NCBI RefSeq assembly: GCF_038025025.1 | Contig: NW_027117345.1 | Span: 620,001 to 684,000, forward strand | Direction: 5' to 3' | Source of the DNA: Phyllosticta citribraziliensis | Lineage: Eukaryota | DNA length: 64,000 nt | In this document: piece by piece, positions 21,801-34,919 of the stretch | Layout of the letters: each line of letters starts with the position of its first letter | Numbering within the stretch: the stretch's first letter is position 1 | The notes under the pieces: generated by a model | Database searches by the model: none | What the model saw: the letters and a program-made list of their open reading frames with translations, nothing else | What the model was told of the DNA's origin: nothing | Position numbers and translations under genes: made by a program

Positions 21801-24800
21801 AAGGGTTTCCTCAAGGGCTTCTCGTCGACCTTTCCAGGCTCATCTTTCTTGGTTGCCACGAGAGGTTCCTTCGTCGGCGAAGTGGTGCGATCTGGAAGCT
21901 TAGCGGAAATCCGTTCTTGAGACTTTGACGGGACCTCCTTTTCCTTGGTATCTGTCCCTGACGTCTTTGTGGGCGATGTTGCCGGAGAGTTGAAGCGGTC
22001 GGGGATTTTGACAGGAGACCGAGATTGAAGTCTGTTGGGCGGCTCGATGTCTTTGGTCGGAGACTCGAGAACGCCAGTATTCCAGCGGTCGCTAATCTTG
22101 CCCGGTGTTCTTTGCTGTACGGGTTTGACAGGCGCCTCCTTCTTCTCGGGTTCCTTTTCCGAGATGCTCTTGCTCATGGTAGGTCTCTTCTGAAGTGACC
22201 TGACCGTTGGTTCAGCCTCCTTTTTTTCCTCTTGCGCAGGAGCCTTGTCTAGGATATCCTTCTCCATGGTAGGCTTTCTTGAAGGCGGCTTGATTGGCGA
22301 CTCTGCCGCTTTTTCCTTTTCTTGCTTAGGAGTCTTTTCCGGTACGCTTTTCTCCATGGTGAGTTTCCTCGAAGGCGGCTTGACTTCAGAATCCTTGTGC
22401 TTTGATTGCTCAGCCGCTTTTTCCGGCACGCTCTTCTCCGCAGTGAGCTTTCTTGAAGGCGGCTTGACTGGCGATTCAGCCTCTTTTGCTACAGGCACCT
22501 TTTCCGGAGAACTCTTTTCCTGCTCCTTCTCCGGCTCATCGGAGTTCGCTGGCACAGGCTTCTCCTCATCGATGCTCTTCCCTCTCGTCGACTCCCCGAC
22601 GTCTATTTGCTTTGCCTCCTCTTTCGAACCAAGCGCCTGAGGCTTCGAGGCAGGGCTTCCCTTATTGAGATCTTTGAACCTTGCTAGCGCTTCCGGCACC
22701 TTCTTTTCCTCGGTGCTGTCTTTGGAGGTCTTGGACATGCTGTCATTTCTGCCAAGATTTCTACGTGCTTTTAGCGCCTCTGGTGTTGCCGCTGGCGGCT
22801 TGCTGGCAGAGGCAACCCGGGCATGAGTACCACCCGTCTCTTTCGCCTTCTGTTGAATGGATTCTCTTTGCTTGACCAAGCTATCCCTCAGCTCGTCTTT
22901 CTTTTGCCGGGGAGGGACGCCTCCAGTCTCATTCAGGGCCGCTTTGCCGCGGTTGATGTTATCCCTGAACGTGTCAGGGGCAACAAACTTTTCCTGCTGC
23001 GTCTTTTTGAGCTTGCCGAAGACATTTTGAAATTCAGCAACCTGCTCGCTCTTAGAGCCCCCGGTTGGAGGAGGAGCGCGGGACTTGAGGTTCGCTCGGA
23101 AATCTGGTGCAGGACGGGATGAGGAAGCCGTCTCGGACTTGCCGACAGGGGTTCTCTTGGTTGACGCGGCTGCCGGTGAACCGCTGGCAGAGTCTGGTTT
23201 GTCCATCTTTTCAGAGGGCGACTTGGGGTTTAGTGCAGCAACAGTCTCAGTCGCCGTCTCCATTGCGGGAGATGATGGAGTTTTGTTGGTAGTTCTAGGT
23301 GATGTTGCTGAGACTCCGGATGATTCAGGAGCTTGAGGTTGCTGGCGGTCGGTAATTTCCTCGGACGGGCTCAGGCCCCAGTCTGGCGGTCGCGCGACAC
23401 TTCCCGGCGCAGATCCGCGTAAAGCGTCTCTGGGGAATTTGGTAGGGCTGGCGGGAGTTGCGGGGCTCTGCGTGTCAGTTTTGTCGCTCTTCTTGGCCGT
23501 CGCATCCTCGCTGCTCGCTTTTTGAGCCTCTGCGCTGGCCTTTTCCTTTTCCGCCTTGATCCTATTGATTTCCGCCTTCCAGCTTGGTTCCTGCGGCGGT
23601 GGCTGGGCTTGCCGAGGCGACTCAGCCCGCGTGCTCAGCGCCGTCTCCAACCAACTCGTCTTTGTAGGACTGCGGCTCCAGCGCTTCGACTGTCCCGACT
23701 GCTCGTCCAACGACGTGACCGACCTACCTCTGCTGTGTCGCTGAGAAATCGAGTGCCGTACGCCGCCGTCTCTGGCCGACTGTTCAACCTTGTCCCCCGC
23801 AACCGGTGTCACAGTACTATTGCTATGCCCAGAGCCAGGTCGCGAACCTCCCTCACGGGAGAGGAAGCCAGGCGTAGGCTCTAGCTTCGGCAAGCTACCT
23901 CCAAGTCCACCAGCAAGGCTAGCTGTGGAATTTTGTCTGCTCAGACCTCCGCCGCCCGTGTGCACGCTCCATCTCTTATTCTGGCTATCGGATCGACGCA
24001 TCATTGCGCTTTGGACAAACCCACCCATGCCTTTGGTGGGAGACGGAGGTCTTTCCTGCGAAAGACGCGCCTGCGAAGGGGATATGGTCGGCCGTTGTAG
24101 GCCATCATCGCCCTCGGTCGACGGAGGGGGAATCTTGACCGAATCCAATGGCGAGGACTTGATGTCCGAGTTGCTGTATCCGGACACGGAGGTGTCTCGC
24201 GAAAAGCGATTGCTCCAGGCGGCGCTATCCCTCGTTGAGCCGATCCTGGACGGAGAGCTTGAGCGGGCGCTATCTGGAGGCGGACTGACGGCGCTGCTTG
24301 CCGTCGAGTCGCGCAGAGGCGCCGCAGGCAGCGGTCTGCGGCCTGGCATGACGTCGGCGCCTGTCGCGACTTCTTCCTGACTGCGGCGATAAGCTGGGGA
24401 GCCAATGCCGCGATCAGGAGTCTGCTTGAACCACGAAGGGTCCTTGGAGCCTAACGAGCGTGCGATTTCCGATCTCGAAACGAGCTCTTCGGCGGCAGCA
24501 GGCGTCGAGGGCGCTGGGGTGGATGATTTGGAAGCGGAATTGTCTGGGGAGGCATAGCTGAGGGGTCGGCGACCGGCTGACGAATTGGGACGGCGCTGCT
24601 GCCACGAGACGGTGTTGGAACGGGAGAGGGAGGACGTTTGCGAGGGTTTGGGCGAGGCAATGGCGGGCGCGGCAGTTTCGTCATGGGCTGGGTCGGAGCC
24701 GACGAGGCGCTGCAGCGTGTCTCGGTGCGACATGTGGCGTGTAGGCGAGTCCATGTCCTGTCGGGATTCCAAAGAGGAATCTTGAGGGCCAATGGACGAG

Positions 24801-25123
24801 GGAGAAGCGACTTGGGAGGTCGACTTGTCGGGCGACAACGAGCGTTGGCGCTCTGGGCCGAGTTAGTGAATGAGGTGGGTTTGGTTCAAAACACAAAACA
24901 ACGCGGGCGGGGAGGGCTCACCAGCTCTGCGGGCGGCCCGCTCAGCGCGACCTTGCAGGATCTGTTCTTCGAGGAGACGGCTGCGCTCGGCGTCTTCCTT
25001 GTCGCGCTTCTCGGTGAGCTGGCGGACGTGGGCGAGGAAGCTGTTGGGGCTATTTGGACTGGTGGGCTCAGCTGGAGCTGGAGCTGGCGATGTAGCGGGC
25101 GCTGGGGACGTGGAGCGCGACAT
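18831..25123 (-). CDS. Large DUF4045 / gelsolin-repeat (villin-like) protein
   Basis: Exon 24922-25123 (FLAHVRQLTEKRDKEDAERSRLLEEQILQGRAERAARRA), intron 24853-24921, exon 19197-24852, intron 19147-19196 (GTAGGT...GCTAAC...AAG), exon 18831-19146. SPTKGMGGFVQSAMMRRSDS motif; gelsolin-like C-terminus (VYHWIG, QGKETPYFFQALGG, LCSGFPFLI, FLWKG, EGKESDAF, IYVLDAFFEIY). Confidence 0.88.
20606..20684 (-). repeat. 33-bp intragenic tandem repeat (EKPATPAKDE x2)
   Basis: Protein KDEDEKKPATPAKDEEEKPATPAKDEK; TTCATCC recurs at 20606, 20639 and 20675. Confidence 0.8.
22150..22480 (-). repeat. 84-90-bp degenerate intragenic tandem repeat, 3-4 copies
   Basis: GAAGGCGGCTTGA at 22281, 22371 and 22455; protein units KPPSRKLTAEKSVPEK / KPPSRKLTMEKSVPEK / KPPSRKPTMEKDILDK plus a decayed fourth. 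Confidence 0.85.
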
Positions 25124-25387
25124 GTCCTTGGGGGCAGAGGCGTAGGAGGAGCGGAGGCTAGGGGAGGTAGGCTATCCCCGTGCAGTGGGTGGAGGGGTGT
25201 TCGAGGTAAGGCGAGGCAGACGGTCGCTGCGGTGGTGTGGTTGGACGGGTGCCGCTTCAGTACAGTACAGACATGGCGGCAGTAAACATGATGCGTCCCC
25301 GGCCCGTGGGTGGCGCCAGGGCCGTCAATTGTCAATTTACGACACCAGCTACCTAGTCTACATGCAGTCTAAGTCCTCCTTGCAGCT

Positions 25388-26234
25388 TCAGAACAGGAAC
25401 AGCCGGTCCCTGGCGTCCTGGATCACCCACCGCAGGCCCTCGTCCAGGTTCAGGCCCGTCATGGCGCTGCAAGACATGATGGTCCACTTGTGCGTCGTGA
25501 TGGAGTCGAGATGGAGGCCCTGGGTTGCTTGGGTCAGTAGAGCGAGCGAGTGCGACGGGCCACAAACCTCTCTGATGTCGTCGTCGGCCATGGATCCGCC
25601 CACGTCGCTCTTGTTCTTGAAGACGAGCAGGCTCGCTCCCATGAGGCGCTGTCCGGGGGCCCAGTTAGCGGGTGCAGGGGTCACGTCTCTCGCAAAAACA
25701 AACACACGAACCTCCTCCAGCAGCAGCCCCCGAAGCTCTTTGCCGCAATCCTCCAGCCGCTCCCGGTCCGTCGCGTCCACGACCCAGATGAGCGTGTCCG
25801 TCTTTTCAAAGTAGTTCTTCCAGTACGTCCGCAGCGTCTTCTGTCCGCCGACGTCCCCTATCGCATTCACCCCGTCCTCAGTCGCCGTCGCACTGCATCG
25901 GGGGAGGCGACCATCTTACAGATGTTGAGTTTATACCTTTCTGTCCCGTCAACCGAGCCCACGGCAGGCCATGCGCTATTCCGGGCGCCGATTCACTTAC
26001 CCGTCGTATTCAATCGTCTTGATGATGAACCCGAGCGTTGGGCTGACGCTATTGACATCCTCCTTCATGATGCGCTTGACTATGGTCGTCTTGCCCGCAT
26101 TGTCAAGGCCGCTGTCCGCTCGTCAGCTCAGCCACTCACTCACTCCCCATGAATCATAGTCAGGGCATGACTGACAGCATCAAGATGCGCATCTCCTTGT
26201 CCTTCAACCGGGCTTTGCGCAGGATTGACAACAT
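25388..26234 (-). CDS. ARL2: ADP-ribosylation factor-like GTPase Arl2 (Alp41/Cin4)
   Basis: Six exons; introns 26112-26175, 25937-26000, 25858-25919, 25649-25711 and 25520-25567. Spliced protein [29 protein letters not shown]...[10 protein letters not shown]...[26 protein letters not shown]...NKSD...CSAMTG. Confidence 0.95.
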
Positions 26235-26736
26235 TTTCGCAGCGTCAGGTCGGAAACTGCAGGATGCACTATGTAGGTGCAGTGTTGCGAAGCACCAACA
26301 GATCCTTTGGCCGCAGCTATACCGCTTTAGACCGTGCGCATTCAACACCAACCAGGTCCATCCCCCACGACCCGCCTTGGCCGTGTCACCCAAAACAACA
26401 AAGAGACGAGTCGCTTGCATTCATTCTTGCTGTTTCCAACGTTGAAACTTGCAACGTCAATTGTCATCATGTTTCGCCTGCTGCATATCTCACGCTGCGC
26501 TTCATCTTTTCTTCCCCACGGATCACCAACGATTCCACTTGAGTAACCGCCTCATCATGCGTGCATGGATGCAGAGGTAGGCACTTTTCATTCTTCTTCG
26601 TCGTTCAGCTAGGTCGGCATTAAGCTAGTACGGCCCATGCCCAACCTGCCGTAGCTCAGCTCCTCTCGGCCCGCCCGCATGCATGCATGCACAAGGAAGC
26701 GTCCGTCTCCCGTCCTCCAACACCACCCGTCTCACC

Positions 26737-27466
26737 TCAAGAGCAGGCCGGGCTCGTCGAGGGAGCAACTACCGCGTTCGACGGGTTCGTCTGTCCACAC
26801 CCATACGCCGCGCCAAGAGCCGTGTCGTCGATTGCCGCGTTGTAGGCCGAGCCGCAGTTGGGATCACTAAGCATTCAGATGGTGGTGGTGAGCCTCTGCT
26901 TGGCAAAAAACCCCCCTTCAACGGCCAAGTCGACATTTCACGTACCTTGCGCCACCACTCGCGTTTTCAAAGTACGAGCAGATGTCGTGCGAGAAGCAGT
27001 CTTGCGTGTATACGTTGCCGATTGCGGTGCCCGAGCACCCAGCACCGCAGCGCCCGTTGCAGCTGTACCTACAGACACGAACGAAATGGGTCAACGCGAG
27101 TACTCAGGTGAAGAATTTGGTACCAATGAGAAGGGATGATGAGATGAGAAAAGTTCAACATGAGTCAAGCAAACAGCAGACCGCAGACAAGAGAGACAGG
27201 ACAGTCACAAAAGAAACAAAAAGCGAAAAGGGGTTATGGCCCAAAAATAATAAAGATCAAACGTACTCTCCACCCGCCGAATTGGTTCCGTAGTTGCTGC
27301 CCACGACGCCCGAAAAAGAGCACGTCTGGCCCGCGCTGTTGGTCCACGTCGCCGTCGCCGTCGAGCCGACAGTCAGGCACGTTACGGACGCGTTGACGAC
27401 GGCGACGGGCACGGCGACGAGCAAGAGCGCTGCGTGGAAGACGATTCGAGAGGGAGACCAAGCCAT
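26737..27466 (-). CDS. Small secreted cysteine-rich protein (150 aa, 10 Cys)
   Basis: Signal peptide MAWSPSRIVFHAALLLVAVPVAVVNA; introns 27069-27266 and 26867-26945 (both GTACGT...TAG) keep the frame; core YSCNGRCGAGCSG...YTQDCFSHDICSYFENASGGASDPNCGSAYNAAIDD. Confidence 0.88.
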
Positions 27467-28799
27467 GGCGTATGTTTGTCTGCCGGTGCGAGCCGGGCAA
27501 TGATTGGTGGGTGGTTGGATTTGTCTGGCTGGCTGGCGAGTGCGACTGGTTGGAGCGAGCGAGCGAATGGGGATGGATGGATAGATAAATGCCTACCACA
27601 CGCACGGTTTTATAACCAAGCAGCCCAGGCTCCACGACCCACGACGAGCGGAGCGCCGAAGGGGGGAGTGCACAGAGAGATAGAGAGGGCACGGAGGAAA
27701 ACAGCAAAGGCCAGATGCGGCTACATGATCACCAACGACGCGACACCGGGGCAAACCCATACAAAGTCGGCCGGACCGGACGACGGAGCGGTCATACACG
27801 TTGGCCACCTCCCATGCGCCCGCCTATCTCTCTTTCACACGCACCTGTCCTTTTCCTACGTCTGAAGAAGAGGGGTGGCAGAGAATCCACCTCGGGCCAC
27901 GGCGACCATGACGACGGACGGTGAGCGTCGATCGCCCGCTTCGCACCGAGTGAGCACTGGCGCCGCTTGCGTGACAATAGCCGCCGGTGAGAGCATCGCG
28001 GGGAGCGCGACTGACCTGCCCAAGCGGGTTGCCTGCTCCGCCATTCAGCCACTCGCAAGATTGGATGCTGACAGGCTTGGCTGCGAGGAATGGTCGCAAT
28101 TGTGTCGTTTGTACAGGACGTGGTTGTGGGTATTGTTGTATGCGGACAGGGGGAGAGAGAGAGGCCTTGAACATAAGGTGAAAGCACGGTTGTATATGCT
28201 TGCTGACCTACATGCTTCGATACAAATCTCAAAGTAAATGTAAATACATGAACACCATCTAAATTCCACATGCACAAGTTGAGGGGTGGCAAGCCAAAGC
28301 GCAGAGGGGCCGCAACTCGTGGTAATTCTAAGCGAGAGTCGGCCATTGGCGGCGGCGGTGCTTCTCTGGGGAAGAGGAGAAAATGGCCGAGGCAAGTCGG
28401 TTCGTATTTTTTGGCTGAATGAAGATGATGATGAAGACGCCATCGACTGCTTTGGGTCTCTGATGCCGGAGGCACTACTGCTGTTGTGGCGGCGTTGTGA
28501 TTAGGCACGTACATCAAGCTATTTGGTGTTCCATTAGTCCGTTCTCCTTTTTCCCTCTCATTAGGCCAGAAGCCCCCATCGAGCAGGAAGCAAGACGAAG
28601 CTGCGAGGTCAAGTACATTTGGTGCTGAGAGTGCAGTAACACACACAACTTTGAACAAATAGATACGAATAAATCTACAAATCTCAATCCAGAAACGTCG
28701 AGTTACGCCGGGCAATGCAACTTTTATGTCGTCCGAAGCGAAAAGGAGATAACAAAAACGAGACGCTTTTTCCTTTTAATAGATCCACTATTACTCACT

Positions 28800-31700
28800 C
28801 TATTGGAGCATGCCCTCCAGACTCTCACCCAGAACCTCTTCGATCCGCCTGATCCATCTAGCCGTCTCTTGTTCGACCTGCTCATCTTCATCCTCCTGCA
28901 GCTCACTAATGAAGGGCAGCATCTCAGGAAGCAGACCGAGCCACTCCTCTCCGATCGCTTCCGTAAGGGCATGTTCTGCCTTGACAGCGGCGAGGCGCGT
29001 CGACGCGCTGTCGGAGCGCATGTACTTGAGAATGGCGCCGTTGAGGGCCTTGTGGTGGTCGGGAGAGTTGGCCGCAACGGCGAGGGCAGTGAGTGACGGG
29101 ATAATGTGCGACTCGGAAAGCGGTTGGGAAGCGAACGCGGGGATGAGGGAGAGCAGCGGGCCGGAGATGACGGAGAAGTGGGACGGCGCCGTCCAGAAAT
29201 CTAGTTTTGAAATGTCAGTAAGTACACCTCTTCATATCAGTTGTTGGACAGTGTCGTTCGCTTACCATCCTCGTCGTTCTCAAAGCTCTTCGCCAACGCA
29301 CTCAGGGTCGACTCCAGCAAATGAACGTATTCGGAGCTTTTCTCAGATGTCTTGCCGAGGACTTCTGCCGCCAGGTCAAGCATGTAGCTCGAGTAACCCG
29401 TGACAATGCTCTTCAACTTGTCAAAGAAGCTGTCCAAGAAAACAAACAGACTTGTCGCGCGGAGCATCCTGCCGCGATCCTCCTTCTTCGGCAGCCCTGA
29501 GGCAGTCCATTCAACGAGACGTACGAAGAAAGGCCGGAAAGTAGCATCATTGAGCTTCATAACCGTCGTAATGGCGACAGCATTGATCTGTCGCTCGACC
29601 TCTCCAATCTCTTCGATAAGCTCCTCAGCGTCTTCATCTGACACCTTCGTCCCCATGAGCTTCGTCCTCCGCAGGTCGAATGCCTTGATCAAGAATTCGA
29701 ACAACTGCTGAGCATTCTTCACGACGGTGCTCTTCGAACGCATCTCAATGGCTCTGTGCAGGGCCGCAAGATGCTCCTTTGGCGCCGGGTATCCTGCCTG
29801 AACAGCACTGTCCCAGTTGCGTTCGGCCGCGCCAAACATCTCCTTCGCATCAACCTGTTGGGCGACCAAAAGATAGAATTGCTGACGGTTAGCATCATCC
29901 TCTTCGCTAAGATCTGCAGCAGCAGACTTGTGGGAGAGCTGCAGGGCCGAGTCGAGGTGGTGCCCCGAAAACATGAACGGGATGTGCTCCAGGATTGCGC
30001 AGAGCAAAGCATACACGGCATTGTGGAGGCTTGATTTTGACTCGGCCGCGATGCTCTCTTCCAGGTATGCAAAGGCTTTTGGCAAGACCTTTGGAATGAG
30101 TGGAATGAAATCGTCCCGGAGGATTTCGACGATCGAAGTAAGACAGAGCAGGGACATGATACGCAGGCGGTCTTCCTTGCTACCCAGGGACTGTTCACCA
30201 GCGATTGCCTCCGCAGCCATTGCGACCGCCGAGGTGTCCTTCTTGCCGAACTTCTCGGAAATTTGATCGATACAAGCAACGGCAGTGTGCTTGAGGTTGG
30301 AGTCGTCCGTGTTTGTGATGACAGAAATGATGCGAGGCAAGAACTGGAGCAGAGCAGTCCTGGCGGAGACGTTGTTCGGCTTGACTTCGATGGCCTGAGC
30401 CTCAACGGCTTTGAGGGCCGTTCGGCGGACCTCGACATTGGAATGGTTGAGGAGGCTGTCGGTGGATTTCACCAGCTCAGGTGTGGGAAGAAGGCGGAGA
30501 ATACTGGACAAGACTCGGCCGCAAGCGTCCCGCAAGATTGCCGTGTCCTTGAACTTCAAAGAAAGCTCAATAGTCCTCTCGAGGAGCTGAGTAAACACAG
30601 TGCGGATTGCAGCAGCGTTCTCGTTGTCATCCTTCAAAGCCTTCAAAACCTTGTTGTGAAGCTGGACGTCGCGCAAGAGGTCCGCGAGGGATTCAAACAG
30701 ATGAACCGCTGCCTTCTGGATTTGGTCGGGATCCTTCTCATTGAGGCTGAAGAGGGCGTCCGAGACCGTGCGCTTGGGTTGCAGCGCATCCTCGACCAAG
30801 TCGAGATATCTCTTCGATGCCTTCAAGTTGGTCGCAGGATCAAACAGTCGCATGAGGTCTACAGTGAATCGCTTCACGGCCTTGTCGGTGGGGTACCGCT
30901 CAAGAAGCATCGCCACAATCGCAAAGAGGGAGTCGTCTGGACCCATGGTCTTGGTGAGCTGTCCGAAAAGGCCGAGTCGGCGATGGAGAGGGATGTGCTC
31001 GTAAGCTGCCGTGAAGCTCAACAACAGCTCGGCCGCACCGAGCACGAGGTCCCTCTTGCGTTTCCGCAAAGATGCAGCAAGCGGAGGAATGACTCGGGAG
31101 ATGGTCTGGTCGATGACGTGTGCAGAGTACTCATCCGTCTGACGCAACGTTGAGGAGCTCATGAAGGTGAAGATTGGCATGACGCTGTGGAGAACCGTGT
31201 CTGGTACACTCGTTGCCAGGCTGGAGATGAGCAAAAGCGCAGAGTTCTGGACCTGTGGGTTGGCATTTTGGCGGACGCAGTCAACAAGAAGGTCTGCCCG
31301 GATTGCAGACTGATCGATAGTCTCGGAGGTGGTCTTCAACTGATCGACAATGGCCAGCAACGACGTGATAATCAAGCTTTGCAGGTATACAAGACTAGAT
31401 TGCGTCTGAATCTTGTACTGTTGCAGTTCTCCGAGGATCTGGAAAAGACCACGCAGGAGCTCGGGGTGGTTCTCGGGAGAGGATCCTTCCACAAGCTCCA
31501 AAACCAGCGTCAACTTCTCAATTGCCTTGGTCGTGTCTTCGGTGTCCCTAACATCGAAGCGGGCCATTTCGGCTTTGCTTGTGCGTCTTCTTTTGGAAGC
31601 TGGTGGATTTTCAGGCAGTTGGACAGCAGTGGGAACGCTGTCCAGAAAGGAGACCAGAGCCTGTGTCGGAAGATCAACAGCCCTCAAAGTCTCCAGCGCG

Positions 31701-34311
31701 TTCTCTCTTTTGCTTTGCGCAGCGGCAGTCTCCGAGGGGTCCAGGGCAAGATCCAACAGGGACTGCGCAGCCTCTTGCTTGATGTTGACCTTCAAAGAAG
31801 GCCAGATCGCCCTCAGACGCTCGAAGGCAGCTTGTCGAATATTCGACCTATCAGAACCAAATTGGCCGCCAATAATCTTTTGCAAGAGTTGAACGCCCTC
31901 GGCATCACGGGAGCCGATGGCTCTGAGGTGGGAGCGATCAACCTCGAGGAGATCTAGCGATTCGAGTTTGCAAATCGAGGTGGCCTCGGCTTGAGACAGA
32001 GAGAGCCATTTCTCAACAGCAGGGAGGACAACTTGCACACGAGCTGCAGAAGCGCTTTTTCCAACGCCGTCGAAGAACGAAAGTAGCCCAAGTCTCACCC
32101 TCAGCAGAGGCGTGTTGACAGCATGACTGCTCAAAAAGTTGCAGAGGCCAGCCCGCAGAGCGCTTTTGAGTTCGGGTCCGTGGGCAGGCGAGCCAGCATG
32201 CTTGTGGACACGATCATCCACAGCGCTCTGCAAAACATGCTTGATGTGGTTGCCGTCCAAGATGCACTCTTCAAGGGAAGGCACCACGGCTGTCGAAAGA
32301 ATTTTGAATGCATCCTCCGGCGAAAGCCACTTGATCGACTTGGATGAGGAACCGTAGATGCTGTCCTGAGCCCAGATCGAGGTTTTTGTGGCTTTCTTAG
32401 CGGTCTTGCTGGTGAGAGTTGCGGCGAGTCCTGCAGCTGCTCTGCGTACACCTGCAGACTTGTCGGACAAGGCGTTGAGAACGTAGGGTATCAGCCCTTG
32501 GAAGTCGGCAGAGCCGTCGCTGAGGCTGCTCAGGTGTTCTGTAGCAAGACGTAGCGCGGAGCTCCGCGCCAAAGCCGGTTGAGATTCGCACCAAAAGCGG
32601 GCGAGGAAGGTCAAAAACAGGGTATCATGGTCGGCAAGAAGAGGGGCGTGGGAGAAATTTTTCAGCTTTTCTTCGGAAGACACGCAACCAAGGAAAGCCT
32701 TGGACAGAGTGGCGGAGAGCTTCGAGTCGTGGGTCGCAAGGAGAGACTGCTCTGTCGATTGCGCGGGAAGGGTAGAAACCAGGTCCTCGCTGGCGTCCGG
32801 GAGTGCTGGAAGTGAATCATCCATGTCCACGTCTTCTGTTTCCTGTTTCGATTCTATGGCGGGCCTCATCACGATCTTCAAGCGCATCTCCAGTTGCTCT
32901 ACGTCCATGCCCTCGTCCTCAATGACTTTCGTGACGGTGCGTCCAATGGCCTCGGACTGGTGGAGGCGAATGATCAAGTCTGCCAATTGGTCACGCTGCT
33001 CGGCAGTGACATCCGCGGCTTGATCGATTCGGTGGATTGTTACAAGAAGAGACTTGACAATGATCGCCATTTGCCGATCATCGTAAATCTGTGCCTGGAG
33101 CGTCTTCTCAACCACATCCAGCCATGATGTTGTGTCGGAAGAAGCGGATTTCCCAAACTTCTCGACAATGGTAAGAACCAGGCCAAAGGCGAGTCTATCG
33201 GAACGGCATTGCTGCGATAGGTCCAAAAGTCTGTCTGCCAACCGTTCCAGTCTGAGCAGTCCACGAGCAACCGTCTTTGGGAGTTTTGCGCCTTGTCGCT
33301 CTTGAGCTAGAATCGCCACGGATACTAGCGCCCCATCGAGAGTATCCAGGGACCAGCTGTAGACAATCGCCTCCATCATCCCGTTCAATACTTTGTCGTC
33401 GAGCGACGCCTTGGATGCCATGACGGTCATGATCATGTAACATCCGATCTTCAGCTCGGGCGCATTCTTCAGGGATAGTGCCTCATTGAGGACTGGCAGT
33501 ATACGGAGCAGGAGGTCTTCCTCTCGCTGGCGTTGAATGTTTCCCCTGCCGGACTTCGTCTCGTCGAGCTGGGCGTCCACAGCCTGTGTAGCCACGCTTG
33601 CCCAGAATGAGAGCAGAGCAGGCGATTGGTGGTGGGATTTTGTAACTTTCAGGACATATTGATTTAATGCCGAAAAGAACGAAGGAGTATGGGTGGCTGT
33701 GTAAACAATCGTTTGGCGGGGCGGATTCTGGTAGGAGGTCATGTATGGGTACAGGAATCGGTACGTCGGGGATATTTTGCGCGGAACGATGGAAAGCAAC
33801 GTGAGAAACACCGGATGGTCGTGGTAGGGCAGGAAGGTGAGAATTGCGAACTCGGCGTTGTATTCGTGTATCCTGTGAAATTGCAATGGTCAGTAATCCC
33901 GTAGCGCGAGAGATTCCGTGTGCCAACCACTCACCTGAACCGCCTCACGAGCCATTCTACAGCCTTGACTGCAGGTCTGAGGAGCAGTCTGGCACCTACC
34001 AGCCCCAGGAAGCCCTCGATGGCGGCGTCAAGCTCTTCATTTTCTGCCTTGGTCATTTGCGTCCTATCCTCCGTCTTGCTCTGTTCGCTGAACAGATTCT
34101 GAGCAAAAGCCGCGAATCTCGGGTCCAATAGACATAACTCCTGGAAGCCTTCGTGGCATATTTGGTAAAGGGTGTTGAAATCCTGAGAAGCGGCGATCTT
34201 TGGTTCGAAGAGCAGCGATTTGCCGTGCGCGGCTTTTTGCGCCTTGATGTCGAGTTGATGAGTGCTCGTGGCGGCAATGGCCGCGAGCTGCTGCTGGAGC
34301 GAGGAGGTCAT
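28800..34311 (-). CDS. UTP10: U3 snoRNA-associated protein 10 (HEAT-repeat, BP28CT)
   Basis: MTSSLQQQLAAIA...SLLFEPKIAASQD; EWLVRRFRIHEYN across intron 33873-33934; KLNDATFRPFFVRLVEW; intron 29201-29265; C-terminal LGLLPEMLPFISELQEDEDEQVE...LGESLEGMLQ. Confidence 0.96.
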
Positions 34312-34608
34312 GTTGGCGTGTTTGGTTCAGATCCTCCAGCCAGGACCGTATCCATGGAAAGGCGAGTTCTCGGGTGGGGAGACGTGGGCGCGAGTGTTGA
34401 GCTGTGGATGCTAAGAAGCGCGGAGGATTGGCGACAAAAAACGAGTCGACGAGTCGGATTTAATTCGCTCACCGCCCAACTTTTCTGCCGCATCGGCGTT
34501 TCGTGCTGCCGATGACCTCACCTACCTCATTGCAGCTCCCGTCGTCGCTATGGAACCTCGCCAGGTTTGTACTCTCGCAGCATTCCCATCTGACTGCGCC
34601 AATTAACG

Positions 34609-34884
34609 ATGGATCAGGACTCCAAGCCACCTGTCCCCAAATTTTCAAGCTTCAAGCCCAAAGCCCCAGCGGAGCCCCCTAAAACAAACGAGCGCACTTC
34701 AACTCGTTCAGAGGGTCGTCCCAGGGTCGAAGAAACCCCGGAAAACGAGGGTAGGGATCGAACACGTCGCTCTCGGCTTGGATCCAAGCTTCACGAAAAT
34801 CATGAAAGGCGACATGGTCACACCGGTCCCCGAAGACAATACCCTGACCACCGTCGCCGCGAAGAGAGCCACCACAGTCGACGG

Positions 34885-34919
<35 letters not shown>

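Noticed and set aside
27792..28715. 307-aa minus-strand ORF between UTP10 and the secreted protein
   Set aside because: Non-ATG start immediately after the UTP10 3' end, UTR-like composition and no domain
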